From NCBI GenBank assembly GCA_013265495.1, contig MU061538.1, forward strand, positions 1,056,001 through 1,120,000: 64,000 bases of DNA. Reading direction: 5' to 3'. How positions within the stretch are numbered: position 1 is the stretch's first letter; every line of letters begins with the position of its first letter. This DNA comes from Vicugna vicugna (taxonomy: Eukaryota). Of the stretch, positions 62,561 through 64,000 are shown piece after piece. The notes beneath the pieces are model-generated. The model searched no databases. It was not told the DNA's origin and saw nothing but the letters and a program-made list of their open reading frames with translations. The position numbers were made by a program, and so were the translations under genes.

Positions 62561-64000
62561 AACTATTGTTATGTGTTAATGTGATTTTCCCAACACCTTT
62601 AAGGAAAAAACCTCATTCAGTAATTTATAACAAAAGTCCTCTACCCTCCCACAATTGGGAGGACTAATTTTGTGCCTAGAAACAACATGGCTAAGAATGG
62701 TTATTTTCAAAACATTTAATTCTGGTAGTGTTGTTATACATGATGTTCCTTTTGGAATTGTGCCTCTACTGTAAAACGCAGGGTTCTGGTAATGTACATG
62801 GAGCATTTCAGACATTGAAGCTTGAAGTAGAGAATTGCAGAAAAAGACCCATGAAAGGATTATTTTGAGGACAAGGTGCATTTGTTTCATTTAAAATTAT
62901 TTGAGTTTATAAGGATTTTGAATTAAAAATCCTTTAGTTAATAAAATGACATTAATTTTGTCACTGTTCTTAGTACAATTGCCTGTTGGAGGTGACTGGA
63001 TTATTATTTCAGTAGCAGTATCTGTGATTGTTGAACAGCATCTGTGTGTTTAAAACACACCATGCGGCTCCCGCATACTTTGTGATGGTTCCATACTTTG
63101 GACTGGACCCTTGTGTAGCACCTTCATCTTTCTCTCCAGTTATCTAAGGAGAGATTTCTGCTCTAAGGCTAGACTGTCTCTTTATTTGTGTAATAGTATA
63201 GTGGCAAAACTATAAGCTCTAGCATTCAGAAGGCCTGGACTTAATTCTTGGCTCTTTTTACCGACCTGGGGCTTTAGACACGTTTCCTGGGGTCTCCATC
63301 TGCATAATGGGCTGGCAGTACTCACTCGTCCTTGGGTAGCCGAGGGGCTTGAGTACTTCACTTAACCTGTTTGTACACCAGCAGGACGCAGTGGGAGCAG
63401 CGGTTGTTAGATGCGTGAGTGTGCCAGCTGGCAATCATCAGGAAGATTTGTGTAGGATTACACTTTACATGTGATAGCAAAATGAGGTAAGAAATTATAG
63501 TGGTGTTGACATAGTCGGCCTTTCAGTTTTCTTTTTGAAATAGAAATGATTTTATCTTCTAACAGTATGGGTTGTAAAAAAGAGGTATTATGTTTAATAG
63601 GTAACTGAATTTCAAGCTTTATTTTATATGCTGATTAAATTACTAACTAATGTCTCATAATATGTTAAATGAGGAGAAGTTTTAGTAGGGAGGAAATAGA
63701 AAATCACCAGGTTCAGATTTTAAAGTAATTATACTTTCAGTTAAACTGACCCTAAGACTTCTGATATTCATAAAACGGTTTTATAGATATAATTATTGCC
63801 ATCGTTTAGAGTCTCTTTTCTAAAACTTTTTTTGGGGGAATTGAAAGTACCCACCCTTGGTTGGAATGAACTTTATTTGAAAGTAAAATTAAATGTCAGA
63901 TTTAACGCTGCTTGGAGAGCTGCCTGCGTGATCATGATACGCCCCACAGCCTGTGGGACGAGAGCTCACCCAGGATGCCAGGGTTTGGATTGTTAAAATC

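Noticed and set aside
61943..62890. ORFs overlapping the ZRS
   Set aside because: The ZRS is established non-coding DNA, and the translations show no protein-like features.

Overview
Mammalian genomic DNA, not prokaryotic. It is most likely camelid (alpaca/llama/camel), judged from five copies of a tRNA-derived Vic-1-type SINE and cetartiodactyl-type L1 3' ends. The window holds the 5' half of LMBR1 on the + strand: a CpG-island promoter (~12.4-13.76 kb) and coding exons 1-5 (13213-13278, 30703-30775, 32785-32824, 38662-38801, 56492-56595). All introns are GT-AG, and the 423 spliced nt give 141 aa, MEGQDEVSAREQHFHSQVREST-ICFLLF...FAGLKK. Intron 5 contains the ZRS, the long-range Sonic hedgehog limb enhancer (~61795-62560), with its ETS, HOX13-type and E-box motifs intact. 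The rest is mostly L1, L2, MIR, MaLR/ERVL and Tigger relics. Almost all ORF-track entries are spurious. The locus is well known, and I found no new gene system. The observations most worth checking are: three same-orientation CTCF-like sites around exon 4; two upstream AUGs in the LMBR1 leader; a ~350-bp TSD-flanked element that looks like a spliced L1 (5' end joined to 3' end); and short patches where AT-rich ancient repeats have been rewritten to G/C, as expected from GC-biased gene conversion. Repeat family names and boundaries are by-eye calls.
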